64,000 nt of DNA from an uncultured Chloroflexia bacterium (GTDB lineage: Bacteria; Chloroflexota; Limnocylindria; Limnocylindrales; CSP1-4). The translations under genes were made by a program, and so were the position numbers. The first letter of the stretch is position 1; every line of letters begins with the position of its first letter. Positions 1 through 9,365 of this stretch are shown here, piece after piece. Under the pieces are notes generated by a model. The model saw only the letters and a list, made by a program, of their open reading frames with translations, was not told the DNA's origin and made no database searches. The stretch lies in the NCBI GenBank assembly GCA_963749705.1, contig CAVVNQ010000021.1, positions 1-64,000 on the forward strand, given 5' to 3'.

Positions 1-1
1 C

Positions 2-448
2 CTGCACGTCCTGTCAATGGTCACCATGGTCACCACGTTCATCGGTGCCGAGATCTTCTACGCCGCGGCGATCTGGCGACGTGACGCCCGTGCGCTGGCG
101 TTCGTCCAGCGGACGGTGGAGCAGACGGGCGCCGGGATCCTCGGGCTTGGCGCCCTCCTCCTGGGCGTGGTGTTCGGCATCGCGACGGCGGCGACCGGCG
201 GGTTCGACTACGTCGCCCCCTGGCTCGTCCTCGCCTACGTCCTGGTCGTCGCCTTCTTGGTCAACTCGTTCTCGATCGGGCGCGCGGTGGTCCAGGCGGG
301 CAAGGAGGCGCTGGAGGCGGAGGCCGGCACGCGTGCGGCCGGGGATGTCACTGAGCTGCCGGCAAACCGCGGCGTGATCCTGGTCGGTATCAACGTGATC
401 ATCTTCGCGACGATCGTCGCCGACATGGTCCTCAAGCCGTCGTTCTAG
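2..448 (+). CDS. DUF2269-like integral membrane protein, 5'-truncated by window edge
   Basis: Frame is open from base 2 (LHVLSM...); about 4 hydrophobic helices; C-terminal 'MVLKP' ending typical of DUF2269 proteins. Confidence 0.65.
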   Translation: MHVLSMVTMVTTFIGAEIFYAAAIWRRDARALAFVQRTVEQTGAGILGLGALLLGVVFGIATAATGGFDYVAPWLVLAYVLVVAFLVNSFSIGRAVVQAGKEALEAEAGTRAAGDVTELPANRGVILVGINVIIFATIVADMVLKPSF

Positions 449-550
449 GGTCGCGCTGCGTGCGCGGGTGTGCCGGCAGCGCAGACGCAACCGGCAGCAG
501 GCGCCTGACGAGACAGGGGCGCGAGCGGCCGAACCGGCCCGCCGCTGCCG

Positions 551-931
551 CTACTCCCCGAGGGCCGCCCTGAGAGCTCCGGCGTCGATTGCACCCAGCG
601 CGAACTGGACGCGATCCCCGTTCATCCCGATCGGGACGGCGAACCGCAGGCTGATCCCGGCGTCGGCGACCTTGCGCAGCAGGGCCGCCCCGGTCCCGGG
701 CTTGTTGTCGAGCTCCCTCACCACCATCTCGACCGGCGTCCCGCTCACCCCCGCATCAGCCAGGGCCGCCCGGAGTTCCGCCTCGTCGTCCGAGCCGACC
801 AGGATCAATCCAGACGCGCCGTCGGCCAGGCCATAGGCCGGCGAGACGTTGACGCCGCGCGCCGCGGCGGCCTCGAGGATCGCCGCCGCAACCCCGGCGC
901 GATCCGCCACGGAGACCAGGTAGCCGTTCAT
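551..931 (-). CDS. Tandem ACT-domain protein
   Basis: MNGYLVSVADRAG...ELDNKPGTGAALLRKVADAGISL is an ACT-like repeat; GGAGG RBS upstream of ATG at 931. Confidence 0.7.
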   Translation of the reverse strand: MNGYLVSVADRAGVAAAILEAAAARGVNVSPAYGLADGASGLILVGSDDEAELRAALADAGVSGTPVEMVVRELDNKPGTGAALLRKVADAGISLRFAVPIGMNGDRVQFALGAIDAGALRAALGE

Positions 932-1023
932 CTCGCACCTCCTCGTCGAGCGGCCTTTCGGCCGCGATCCCATCCTCGGCCGGGTGTCAACCGCCGTCGG
1001 GGAGGTGCGCCGGATCGCTCGGG

Positions 1024-3477
1024 CTACTTGGCCGATGCGGTGACCGTCGCCAGCGGACCCTCCTCGAACCCGTTGAACGCGCTCACCCCGTACGTGTACG
1101 CGCCGCCCCGTGCGGTGGACGTGTCCTTGTAGCCGGTCGTGGTGCCGCTCACGGTCGTGAGCAGCGTCCCATCCCGGTAGATCCGGTACTCGGTGATGGC
1201 GCTCCCGCCATCCGATGCCGGTGCGGACCAGGTCAGCTGGACGCCACGGCCCTTTGCGGGACCCCCGACGAGGTCCTGTGGAGCCGACGGGGCGGTCACG
1301 ACCGGAGCGGCCGTCGGCGTTGCATCGACCGAGCTGGATTGCGGTCCCTCGCCGACACCATTGACCGCGGTGACCGCGTACGTGTAGGTCTGGTCGTTGG
1401 TCAGGCCGGCGTCGTGGAAGCTCGTGCCGGTGGACGTGCCGACCGGAGCCCCGTCGCGGTACACGACGTAGTGGTCGATCGTGCTGCCGCCATCGCTCGC
1501 CGGCGGGCTCCAGCTGAGGTCGACGACCGCGTCACCTGGGGTGGCGTTGAGTCCGGTCGGTGCGCCTGGCTTGGTGGGCGCCGGCGCCTGCGGGGTCGCG
1601 GTGACCGGACCGGCCGCCGGCCCTTCCCCTGCCGCATTCGCGGCGCTGACCGTGTACGAGTAGGTGGTCCCGTTCGTGAGCCCGCTGTCATCGAAGGACA
1701 GGACGTTGCCCAGCGTCGCCACGGGGCTGCCATCGCGATAGACCCTGTAGCCGGTCGCGGGATCGCCGGTCGTCGGCGCCGCCCACGTCAGGTGGACCGA
1801 TGCGTCCCCGGCGGTCGCTGTGAGGTTCGTCGGGGCGCCGGGAGCGGAGACCTGCGTTGCCGTGCACCCGGGGAGCGTGAACGATGCGATCCGGGTATGC
1901 CACGGCGCGCCGCCCGTCGATGGCATGTACTCCGTCGTGAACCAGAACGTGCAGTCGTCGGTCGGGTCGACCGACATCGACGCGTAGTCGCCCCAGCGCG
2001 AAGCGCTCCCGGTCTGCGAGCCGCCCCCCGCGACGATCGTCGTCTCGCCCTGGGTCATGAGACCAGGCGTGTCCCCCGCCAGACGCCCGGTCACCCGGAT
2101 GCCGGCGTACACGGAGCTGCTGGCGACGCTGTAGCCCAGCGCGATGTTGCCGGCGCCATCCATTGCCATCGAGCCGAGCCAGCGGTTGGTGGCGTCCGGG
2201 GAGAACGTGCCCTGCTGTTGCAGCGTCGGCGTTCCCGAGGTGGCGTTGCGGATCTCGTACCAACGGACGCCAGCTCGAACGGCGCCGCTCGAGTTGACGT
2301 TCACGCTGTGGTCGACGGTGAGCGACTCGTGGTCGCCGAAGTTGCGGTAGGCGAGCCGGTACATCAGCCGGTCTCCGAGCCCGTCCAGGCCGACCGTGGT
2401 GCCCGGTTGCGGGATGCAGCTCCGGGTCGAGGGACACAGCTCGTTGTACGCGGCGACCGTCGTCGACATGGGCCCGCTGAACGTCGAGCTCGACGGGCTC
2501 GCCCAGTTGACGTGGAGGCGCCAGGTATGGAGGGCAGAGGACCCGATCTCGACGATCGGCTCGGGCGCGCCCGACGGCGGGAGCGTGGACCCATCGATGT
2601 CGGCCGGGAGCAGCGAGCCGTAGCTCGAGCTCGTCTGGAACTCCTGGAATGCCGCCGGTTGCCCGGCGATCATCGCGTCGCGGTCCAGCACGATCGCGCT
2701 CGCGCCCTGGAACGTGCCGAAGATCCCGCCAAAGCGGTTGGCCGTCAGGTAATAGCCATCGCGCCAGATGCCGATCTTGGGGTAGTCGTAGAACACGCGG
2801 GTGCTGAACTGGAAGAAGTAGCGGTTCCAGGTCCCGGTCGGATCGCCGGTCGTGGACACGGCCACGCACTCGCCGTACGGCTTGGAGGTCGTGAACTGGG
2901 CCATCAGCCAGCGATCCGCGAACTGGTCGTAGAGCACGATCGGGTCGCCGCCGTTCTGGTTCTGGCAGGGGTTGCCGAAGCCGGACCACAGCGTGTTGCC
3001 CGCGGCCGGGCCGTACAGGACCGTTCCGGTCCTGGAGTAGATCGCGAAGTGAAGGTTGACCCACTGCACGTACTGGTTCGGACCGACATCGCCGTTCGTG
3101 TCCGGCGGGTAGACGCCGTCGAGGTTGGTCAGACCTTCGAAGTTGGCGGCCGTGGACGGCGCGGTCGAGGTGGGCGCGGTCGATTGGACGACCGGGTCCG
3201 TCACGTCGGCGCTCGGGCCATGTGCGTGCGTGGGGCGGTTCTCGAGCAGGTCCTGGGGCGGGCCGTGCCCGTCCTCCTCGCCACCGGGCAGCGGAGCGAG
3301 GTCGCGGAGCGCCGGCGAGACGTCGTGCATCACGGCCTGGCCGACGATGGGACCGCGATCAGGAGCTGCAACCACCGGTGCGGCGAGGAGTGGAACGAGC
3401 CCGACGATGACCGCCCCGAGGAGCGCCGCCACCCGGGCGCGATGCCGCCTGGACCAGCTGATACCGAACACCATCAT
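1024..3477 (-). CDS. Secreted protein with large N-terminal beta-rich domain and three fibronectin type III repeats
   Basis: Signal peptide (…LVPLLAAPVVA); PPDTNGDVGP motif; three 'PGAPTNLTA…W…Y…Y.V.A.N..G' FN3 repeats; GGAGG RBS. Confidence 0.85.
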   Translation of the reverse strand: MMVFGISWSRRHRARVAALLGAVIVGLVPLLAAPVVAAPDRGPIVGQAVMHDVSPALRDLAPLPGGEEDGHGPPQDLLENRPTHAHGPSADVTDPVVQSTAPTSTAPSTAANFEGLTNLDGVYPPDTNGDVGPNQYVQWVNLHFAIYSRTGTVLYGPAAGNTLWSGFGNPCQNQNGGDPIVLYDQFADRWLMAQFTTSKPYGECVAVSTTGDPTGTWNRYFFQFSTRVFYDYPKIGIWRDGYYLTANRFGGIFGTFQGASAIVLDRDAMIAGQPAAFQEFQTSSSYGSLLPADIDGSTLPPSGAPEPIVEIGSSALHTWRLHVNWASPSSSTFSGPMSTTVAAYNELCPSTRSCIPQPGTTVGLDGLGDRLMYRLAYRNFGDHESLTVDHSVNVNSSGAVRAGVRWYEIRNATSGTPTLQQQGTFSPDATNRWLGSMAMDGAGNIALGYSVASSSVYAGIRVTGRLAGDTPGLMTQGETTIVAGGGSQTGSASRWGDYASMSVDPTDDCTFWFTTEYMPSTGGAPWHTRIASFTLPGCTATQVSAPGAPTNLTATAGDASVHLTWAAPTTGDPATGYRVYRDGSPVATLGNVLSFDDSGLTNGTTYSYTVSAANAAGEGPAAGPVTATPQAPAPTKPGAPTGLNATPGDAVVDLSWSPPASDGGSTIDHYVVYRDGAPVGTSTGTSFHDAGLTNDQTYTYAVTAVNGVGEGPQSSSVDATPTAAPVVTAPSAPQDLVGGPAKGRGVQLTWSAPASDGGSAITEYRIYRDGTLLTTVSGTTTGYKDTSTARGGAYTYGVSAFNGFEEGPLATVTASAK

Positions 3478-3795
3478 CCGTGCGTTGCCTCCTGCCGCTG
3501 CGCCGAAGCGCCCATGGTGGCCGAGCGAGGTCCATAGCGCAATACAGCACCGGCAGGAGCGGGTGCAGCGAGGCACCGGCAGGCGCGGGCGACATCCGCT
3601 ACGGTCGTGGCCGGGTCATCATGGGAGCTCCGGCCGAACGGCCCGGCGGGCAGCTGCCGGCGACGGCATCGTCGGTCCGCCTGGACGTTGTGGCATCGCG
3701 CTCGCGTGATCGATCATTGACCCAACGATGCTCACGGACACGCGAGCACCCGACTCACGCCAGCAGCCACACGCACGCCAGCGACCGAGGTATCG

Positions 3796-4971
3796 ATGAT
3801 CCCGGACGATGATCTAAGCATCGGCTTCCCGCGCATGTACAACGAGCCGGGAGAGCGGCGGGCATTCCTGCCGCCGCTGATCGGTCAGCTGGGCGACAAG
3901 GGTCTCGACGTGTTCGTCGAGACCGGCAGCGGCGCGGGCATGGGATACGCGGACGATGCCTACACGGCCGTGTCGCCGAACGTCCACATCGTGGACGAAG
4001 CGACGGCCTACGCCCAGGACATCGTGGTCGTGCTCCGGGCGCCCGAGGGTCGCTACGACCTGCTCAAGCCGGGCTCGCTGCTCATCTCGATGCTCCACTT
4101 CGTGACCCGGCCGGCACGGGTCGAGCTGCTGGGCGGGCTCGGCATCGAGGCGATCGCACTCGACATGGTGACCGGCGACGACGGCCGGCGACTCGTCCAG
4201 AACCTGCGTGACGTGGCCCGCAACGGCCTGGCCGCGGCGTTCGACGCGCTCGAGCATCGGTGGCCGGCGCTGCTGTCACCGATGCGGCTCCCGGTCCGGG
4301 TCACGATCATGGGCTCGGGTGGGGTCGGCAAGCTCGCCGTCGAATGGGCCGTTCGGTGCGGCGACGACGCGCGCAACGAGCGCTTCATGCGCGAGGGCCT
4401 GCCGGGGGTCGAGGTCGTGGTCGTCGACCAGAACCTGTCGGGGAACGAGGCCTACCTCCAGCACCGGCTGGCGGTCACCGACATCCTCGTGGATGCCACC
4501 GCGAGGCGCGACACGTCCCGACCGCTGTTCCCCAACGCGTGGCTCGGGTTCATGCCTGCCCATGCCGTGATCTGCGACCTCGCGGTCGACCCGTACCTGC
4601 TGGACAACGATCCGCCCGTGGTCCGGGGGATCGAGGGCATCCCCCAGGGCAACCTCGATCAGTGGGAGTTCGGGCCGGACGACCCGGCGTGGGACCGGCT
4701 CCCCCCGGGGATCCCGACCGACCACCGGCGCACGGTCGTGTCCTGCTACTCGTGGCCCGGGGTGGCACCGGAGCCGTGCATGCAGCTCTACGGCCAGCAG
4801 CTCAGCCCGCTGCTCGAGACGCTGATCCGCTACGGCATCCCGGCCGGGATCAACCCCGAGGGCTCCTTCCACGCCAGGGCCATGTGGCGCGCCAGCCTCG
4901 GCCGGTTCCTCGCCGAGAGGGGCGGAACCGACTCCGGTGCTGCCGCGGCACGCGAGGGCAACGGCGAGTAG
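3796..4971 (+). CDS. Alanine dehydrogenase/PNT-superfamily NAD(P)-dependent oxidoreductase
   Basis: N-terminal E-R-R and VETGSGAGMGYADDAY (AlaDh_PNT_N-like); Rossmann GSGGVG; 'VICDLAVD'. Confidence 0.7.
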   Translation: MIPDDDLSIGFPRMYNEPGERRAFLPPLIGQLGDKGLDVFVETGSGAGMGYADDAYTAVSPNVHIVDEATAYAQDIVVVLRAPEGRYDLLKPGSLLISMLHFVTRPARVELLGGLGIEAIALDMVTGDDGRRLVQNLRDVARNGLAAAFDALEHRWPALLSPMRLPVRVTIMGSGGVGKLAVEWAVRCGDDARNERFMREGLPGVEVVVVDQNLSGNEAYLQHRLAVTDILVDATARRDTSRPLFPNAWLGFMPAHAVICDLAVDPYLLDNDPPVVRGIEGIPQGNLDQWEFGPDDPAWDRLPPGIPTDHRRTVVSCYSWPGVAPEPCMQLYGQQLSPLLETLIRYGIPAGINPEGSFHARAMWRASLGRFLAERGGTDSGAAAAREGNGE

Positions 4972-5016
4972 TCCGACGAGGCAGCGGCATCCAGCCATCC
5001 AGGCGAGGGACCATCG

Positions 5017-5844
5017 GTGACCATCGAGTACGTCAAGGCCGGACGCGTGGCCACGTTCACCATCCACAACGGCAAGGTCAATCCGCTGACCCAGGCGATG
5101 CATCGGCAGATGTACGAGGCGCTCCTGGACTTCCAGGCAGATCCCGACCTCGTCGTCGGGATCCTGACCGGCGCCGGTGAGCGAGCCTTCTGCGCCGGGG
5201 ACGACATCAGGTCCGAGGAACCGGGCTCCGGGTCCGCGGTCAGCGACCTGCTGGCGGCCATGAGCTCCGGGCCGGCCGGGACGGGCGATCCCTCGACCCC
5301 CGGCCATGACTGGGCCGATCGAGTGCTCGGTCTGGAGCGGACCAAGCCGATCATCGGCGCCGTGCGAGGCTGGTGCCTCGGGCGGGGGCTCGCGTACCTG
5401 CTCAAGCTCACCGACATCCGGATCGCGACGCCCGACGCGCGGTTCGGGCTTCCCGAGATCGCCTACGGCATGGGCGGGCTTGCCGGCGCGATGCAGCTGT
5501 CCCGGCATGTCCCGGCGACGACCGCATGGGAGATGGCCCTGACCGGCGAGCCGATCGACGCGGGCGAGGCCCTTCGGGTCCACCTGGTCAACCGCGTCGT
5601 CGAGCCGGCCGAGCTGATGGCCGAGGCGGAGCGGGTCGCCGGCCTGATCACGCGCCACCCGCCGCTGGCGGTCCGGATCGAGGTGGAGTCAAGCCGGCGG
5701 GCCGAGGGGCTCGCGCCGACCGACGCGTATGCCATGGGCACGCACCTGTACCGGCTCCAACGCCTGGCACTCGGCGAATCCGACGTGCAGGAAGCGTTCC
5801 TGTACCGGAAGCCGGCCGCCGGCGATCCCGCTGACCGGGAATGA
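5017..5844 (+). CDS. Enoyl-CoA hydratase/isomerase family protein
   Basis: TGAGERAFCAGDD, KPIIGAVRGWCLGRG and ARFGLPEI crotonase motifs. Confidence 0.9.
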   Translation: MTIEYVKAGRVATFTIHNGKVNPLTQAMHRQMYEALLDFQADPDLVVGILTGAGERAFCAGDDIRSEEPGSGSAVSDLLAAMSSGPAGTGDPSTPGHDWADRVLGLERTKPIIGAVRGWCLGRGLAYLLKLTDIRIATPDARFGLPEIAYGMGGLAGAMQLSRHVPATTAWEMALTGEPIDAGEALRVHLVNRVVEPAELMAEAERVAGLITRHPPLAVRIEVESSRRAEGLAPTDAYAMGTHLYRLQRLALGESDVQEAFLYRKPAAGDPADRE

Positions 5845-5864
5845 TCGAGGCAGCGCGACGGCGG

Positions 5865-6482
5865 CTATCCGGCGGGGCGGTACCCGATCACTCGCAGCGC
5901 GGCGTCGCGCAGGTCGTCGGACGAGATCTCGGACCATCGTTGGCGGTCGCCGGCGACGAGCCCATCGAACAGGGCCAGGTACAAGGTGACCAGCAGGTCC
6001 GGGTCGGCCGGCGCCACGGCGCCCTCGGAACGCGCCTCGGCGAGCACCCGTCGTAGGCTCGCCCTCCGGCGCTCCTCGATGGCGCCGCGATCGATCTCCA
6101 GCCGTCGCAGCAGCTCCCGACCCCCGTCGCCACCAAGGCCGCCGAGGATGGTCATCAGGGCATCGTTCCGCCGGTAGTGGTCGATCGTCCGGGCAACCAG
6201 GATGTCGAGCTTGCGCCGCGCCGGACCGTACTCGTCGGCCACCGCGGCGGCCATCTGCTCGAGCTCGGCGAACCCGTCGACGAGGATCGTGCGCAGGATC
6301 GCCTCCTTCGAGTCGAACAGCCAGTACACGTTGCCCGGGCTCATGCCCGCGTCGCGCGCGATATCCGCCACGCGGCAGGCAGCGAAGCCTCGCCTGGCGA
6401 ACAGGGTTCGTGCTGATGCCAGCACCCTCGCGGTGCTGGCTTCCCTCGCCTGCTCGCCTCGACCGGTCGCCCTGTGCTCCAT
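5865..6482 (-). CDS. TetR/AcrR family transcriptional regulator
   Basis: LFARRGFAACRVADIARDAGMSPGNVYWLFDSKEAI HTH; GGAGG RBS before ATG at 6482. Confidence 0.9.
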   Translation of the reverse strand: MEHRATGRGEQAREASTARVLASARTLFARRGFAACRVADIARDAGMSPGNVYWLFDSKEAILRTILVDGFAELEQMAAAVADEYGPARRKLDILVARTIDHYRRNDALMTILGGLGGDGGRELLRRLEIDRGAIEERRRASLRRVLAEARSEGAVAPADPDLLVTLYLALFDGLVAGDRQRWSEISSDDLRDAALRVIGYRPAG

Positions 6483-6556
6483 CAGGTTCCTCCCGGGCGG
6501 CACCGTGTCCCCGGGCGGAACCGTGTCCTCGGCCCGCCCGACCCGCCACACCGCCA

Positions 6557-6602
6557 CTGACTCGACATTCAGCGCTGACACTATCGCTGAATCTCAATTC
6601 AG
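6557..6602. promoter_or_regulatory. Pair of 16-bp palindromic operators, probably TetR sites
   Basis: CTGACTCGACATTCAG (6557-6572) and CTGAATCTCAATTCAG (6587-6602), 30 bp apart, between the divergent TetR and GNAT genes. Confidence 0.6.
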
Positions 6603-6747
6603 TCAAAGAAGCCGGATCCAGGGCGATCCCCTGCCCTCGTCCGCGCCGGCCCGGCCGCACATGCTGGCGGGATCCTCGCTATCGTCCGAGCGCCTGATGG
6701 CCGTCGCCGGCTTCGGCCCGTGACGCGTTCGAACATGGAGGAGGCGC

Positions 6748-7731
6748 ATGGGTCGCAGGGTTCCCCCCGAGCTGCTCCCGTTTGGTGTCCAGCACCTGGA
6801 TGACGCCTCGCGGCTGCTCGCCGGCCGGCACCGCGCACAGCGGCGCATCGAGCCCGGGCTCGCCCCCGCGTACGAGGACGCAACCGTGTGTCGCGCCGAG
6901 ATCGCCCGCCTGCTCGGCAAGGACGGAGCGTCCGGCACCGTCGCGCTCCGGGACGGCGCGATGGCCGGATACCTCATCGGCGCGCCCAGGGTCGCCACCT
7001 GGGGACCGAACATGTGGGTCGAGGGGGCCGGTCACGCCGTGCCCGCCGACGATCCCGAGCTCGTCCGCGACCTCTATGCCCGCGCCGCGACACGATGGGT
7101 CGAGTCCGGCATGGTGAGCCACTACGCCGTCGTCCCCGCGACCGATCCCGCGCTCGTCGATGCGTGGTTCCGGGTGGGCTTCGGCCAGCAGCACGTCCAC
7201 GCGATCCGGGACGTCCCGGCGGCAGGCGACACATTCGAGATCCCGGCCGGCATGCGGATCCGTCGGGCGGAGCGACACGACATCCCGACGCTCGGGCGCC
7301 TGGACCTGGTCCTGCCGGAGCACCAGGCGCTGTCGCCGGTGTTCAGCGGACAGCAGCTGCCCACGCTCGAGGACGTCGTGAACGAGCTCGAAGATGAGTT
7401 CGACGACCCGCGGTTCACGACCTTCGTCGCCGAGCACGACGGCCTGGTCATCGGGTCCGCGATCGGCTGCTCGATCGAGGCGTCGTCAGAGCACCACGGG
7501 ATCGTGCGGCCGGATCACGCCGGGTTCCTGGGCTTCGCCGCCGTCCTGCCCGAGGCCCGCGGGCTGGGTGCCGGGCGCGCGCTTGGCGAGGCGGTGCTTG
7601 CCTGGTCGCGCGACGCGGGATATCGCACCGTCGTCACGGATTGGCGTGAGACGAACCTGTTGTCGAGCCGGACGTGGCCGAGGCTGGGCTTCCGGCCGAC
7701 CTTCCGAAGGCTGTTCCGGCACATCCCGTGA
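6748..7731 (+). CDS. GNAT family N-acetyltransferase (two-domain)
   Basis: AVLPEARGLGAGRAL acetyl-CoA motif A; 'N..S...W..LGF'; GGAGG RBS. Confidence 0.85.
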   Translation: MGRRVPPELLPFGVQHLDDASRLLAGRHRAQRRIEPGLAPAYEDATVCRAEIARLLGKDGASGTVALRDGAMAGYLIGAPRVATWGPNMWVEGAGHAVPADDPELVRDLYARAATRWVESGMVSHYAVVPATDPALVDAWFRVGFGQQHVHAIRDVPAAGDTFEIPAGMRIRRAERHDIPTLGRLDLVLPEHQALSPVFSGQQLPTLEDVVNELEDEFDDPRFTTFVAEHDGLVIGSAIGCSIEASSEHHGIVRPDHAGFLGFAAVLPEARGLGAGRALGEAVLAWSRDAGYRTVVTDWRETNLLSSRTWPRLGFRPTFRRLFRHIP

Positions 7732-7798
7732 CCGGCCGGGGATCCTGCGCCGCGACGCGGTCGACGTCGCTGCTCCTCGCGCCGGTACCATCGGTCCG

Positions 7799-8092
7799 AT
7801 GAGCCTCACCATCACCGACACCGCCGACGGTCAGCGCTACGAGGCCCGGGAAGGCGACGACCTCGCGGGGTTCCTCGAATACGTGCTCAAGCGCGGCCGG
7901 CTCGCGCTCGTCCACACCGAGACCGTGGCCGGCCACGAGGGTCACGGGGTTGCCGCCCAGCTGGTGCGCTTCGCACTCGACGACGCGCGGCGGCGCGAGC
8001 TGCGCGTGATCCCGATCTGTCCCTACGTGAAGGCGTACCTGGAGCGTCACCCCGATCAGGCCGACATCGTGGTCGGTGCCTCTCGAGGCTGA
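7799..8092 (+). CDS. Small YjdJ-like GNAT N-acetyltransferase
   Basis: HTETVAGHEGHGVAAQL…VIPICPYV motif; leaderless -10 TACCAT at 7786-7791. Confidence 0.85.
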   Translation: MSLTITDTADGQRYEAREGDDLAGFLEYVLKRGRLALVHTETVAGHEGHGVAAQLVRFALDDARRRELRVIPICPYVKAYLERHPDQADIVVGASRG

Positions 8093-8187
8093 GCCACCCG
8101 CCCGTCGCGTCTCGGCGGTGCGGTCCCCCGCCCCTCACGGCACCGGCGTTGCAGCCGGATCCGGACGCGCGGCCGCAGACGGCCTCT

Positions 8188-8592
8188 CTACCGCCCGGGC
8201 CTTGACATCGCGCGCAGGTGAAGCACGGCGGCGGTCGCGACGAGCGCCGACGACCAGATCGGGATCGTGCGTGCCAGCGCGTCCGGCAGGAAGATGTCGG
8301 AGACGGAACCGCGGCGGGCCCCGAGCCGCTCGGCGAGCGGCGTCAGCGGGCAGACGCCTCGGCCGACGACGAACACGGCGCCCTCGGCAGCCACCAGCCC
8401 GGCAGCCACCGCGACGGTCCGGTCCCGGCGACCGATGATCCCGGTGAAGACCAGCCACAGGATCGCCGCGAGCTCCACGGCGAACACGCCGGAGTGGACG
8501 GCACGAACGAGGAACAGCGCCGTGGCCCGGGACGTGGTCGAGTGACGGCGCCCGGCCTCGATCGTGCCCTCGACGCTGGAGTCAGGCTTCAC
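8188..8592 (-). CDS. Hypothetical membrane protein
   Basis: Hydrophobic helices; CPLTPLAERLGA motif; overlaps the end of the upstream CoA-binding gene. Confidence 0.7.
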   Translation of the reverse strand: MKPDSSVEGTIEAGRRHSTTSRATALFLVRAVHSGVFAVELAAILWLVFTGIIGRRDRTVAVAAGLVAAEGAVFVVGRGVCPLTPLAERLGARRGSVSDIFLPDALARTIPIWSSALVATAAVLHLRAMSRPGR

Positions 8593-9058
8593 GCGGCAGC
8601 TTGCCGAACAGGCCCAGCATCCGGCGCATCATTCGATGCCCGCCGTCGGACGGTCGTCCGTACATGAGCGGGCAGCCGCCGGCGATCGATGCGATCCCGT
8701 TCGCGCGGCAGTACTCGTGGGCCTCCTGCGAGACGCTTCCGGCACCGAATGAGCGGTGCATCCAGACGCGCGTGATGCCGAGCTCCTTGCACTCCCGGGC
8801 GATCGACTCGGCAGCTTCGGGTGCGGTCGCGATGACCACGGCGTCGACACCGCCCGGGATCGAGCGGAGATCCCGGTAGCACGTGTCGCCCTCGATGACG
8901 TCGGTGTGCGGGTTGACCGCGAACACCGTATAGCCGCGATCGCGCAACCGCTGGTACACGACGTTGCCGCCGTGACCTGCGGCCTCGCGCGACACGCCGG
9001 CGACGGCGATGCGTGGCTGGGCAAGGAAGTCGTCGATGGCGTGCTGCGCGCTGACCAT
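8582..9058 (-). CDS. CoA-binding protein (YccU-like)
   Basis: IAVAGVSR…VFAVNP…CYRDLRSIP…VDAVVI…VWM. Confidence 0.9.
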   Translation of the reverse strand: MVSAQHAIDDFLAQPRIAVAGVSREAAGHGGNVVYQRLRDRGYTVFAVNPHTDVIEGDTCYRDLRSIPGGVDAVVIATAPEAAESIARECKELGITRVWMHRSFGAGSVSQEAHEYCRANGIASIAGGCPLMYGRPSDGGHRMMRRMLGLFGKLPREA

Positions 9059-9218
9059 GATGCGGACCCTCGAGCGCGATACGACGGCAGCGACTCGCGG
9101 TCGGCTGTCGATCGGGGAGTGCGGCGCCGGGGCAGGCGCCGGATGCGGGGCGCCAGCGCAGCATCAGCCGTGACCAGGCGGGCTGCGTAGGGCCATTCGT
9201 CCGGTCCGGGCACGACGT

Positions 9219-9300
9219 TGCGCCGTGCCGTCGTGCGCCGTGCCGTCGTGCGCCGTGCCGTCGTGCGCCGTGCCGTCGTGCGCCGTGCCGTCGTGCGCCG
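9219..9300. repeat. 15-bp tandem repeat (TGCGCCGTGCCGTCG) x5 plus partial copy
   Basis: Directly visible perfect repeats in the intergenic region. Confidence 0.95.
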
Positions 9301-9365
9301 CTCACGTGGTGCACCGCTCGCGACCGTCGCTCGTTCGTGTTTGACGGGCCTCCTAGGATCTGACG

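Noticed and set aside
3728-3799. 23-codon uORF overlapping the start of the AlaDH-like gene
   Set aside because: No RBS or informative composition; likely chance.
9219-9300. Repeats as a CRISPR array
   Set aside because: Head-to-tail copies with no spacers and no cas genes nearby.
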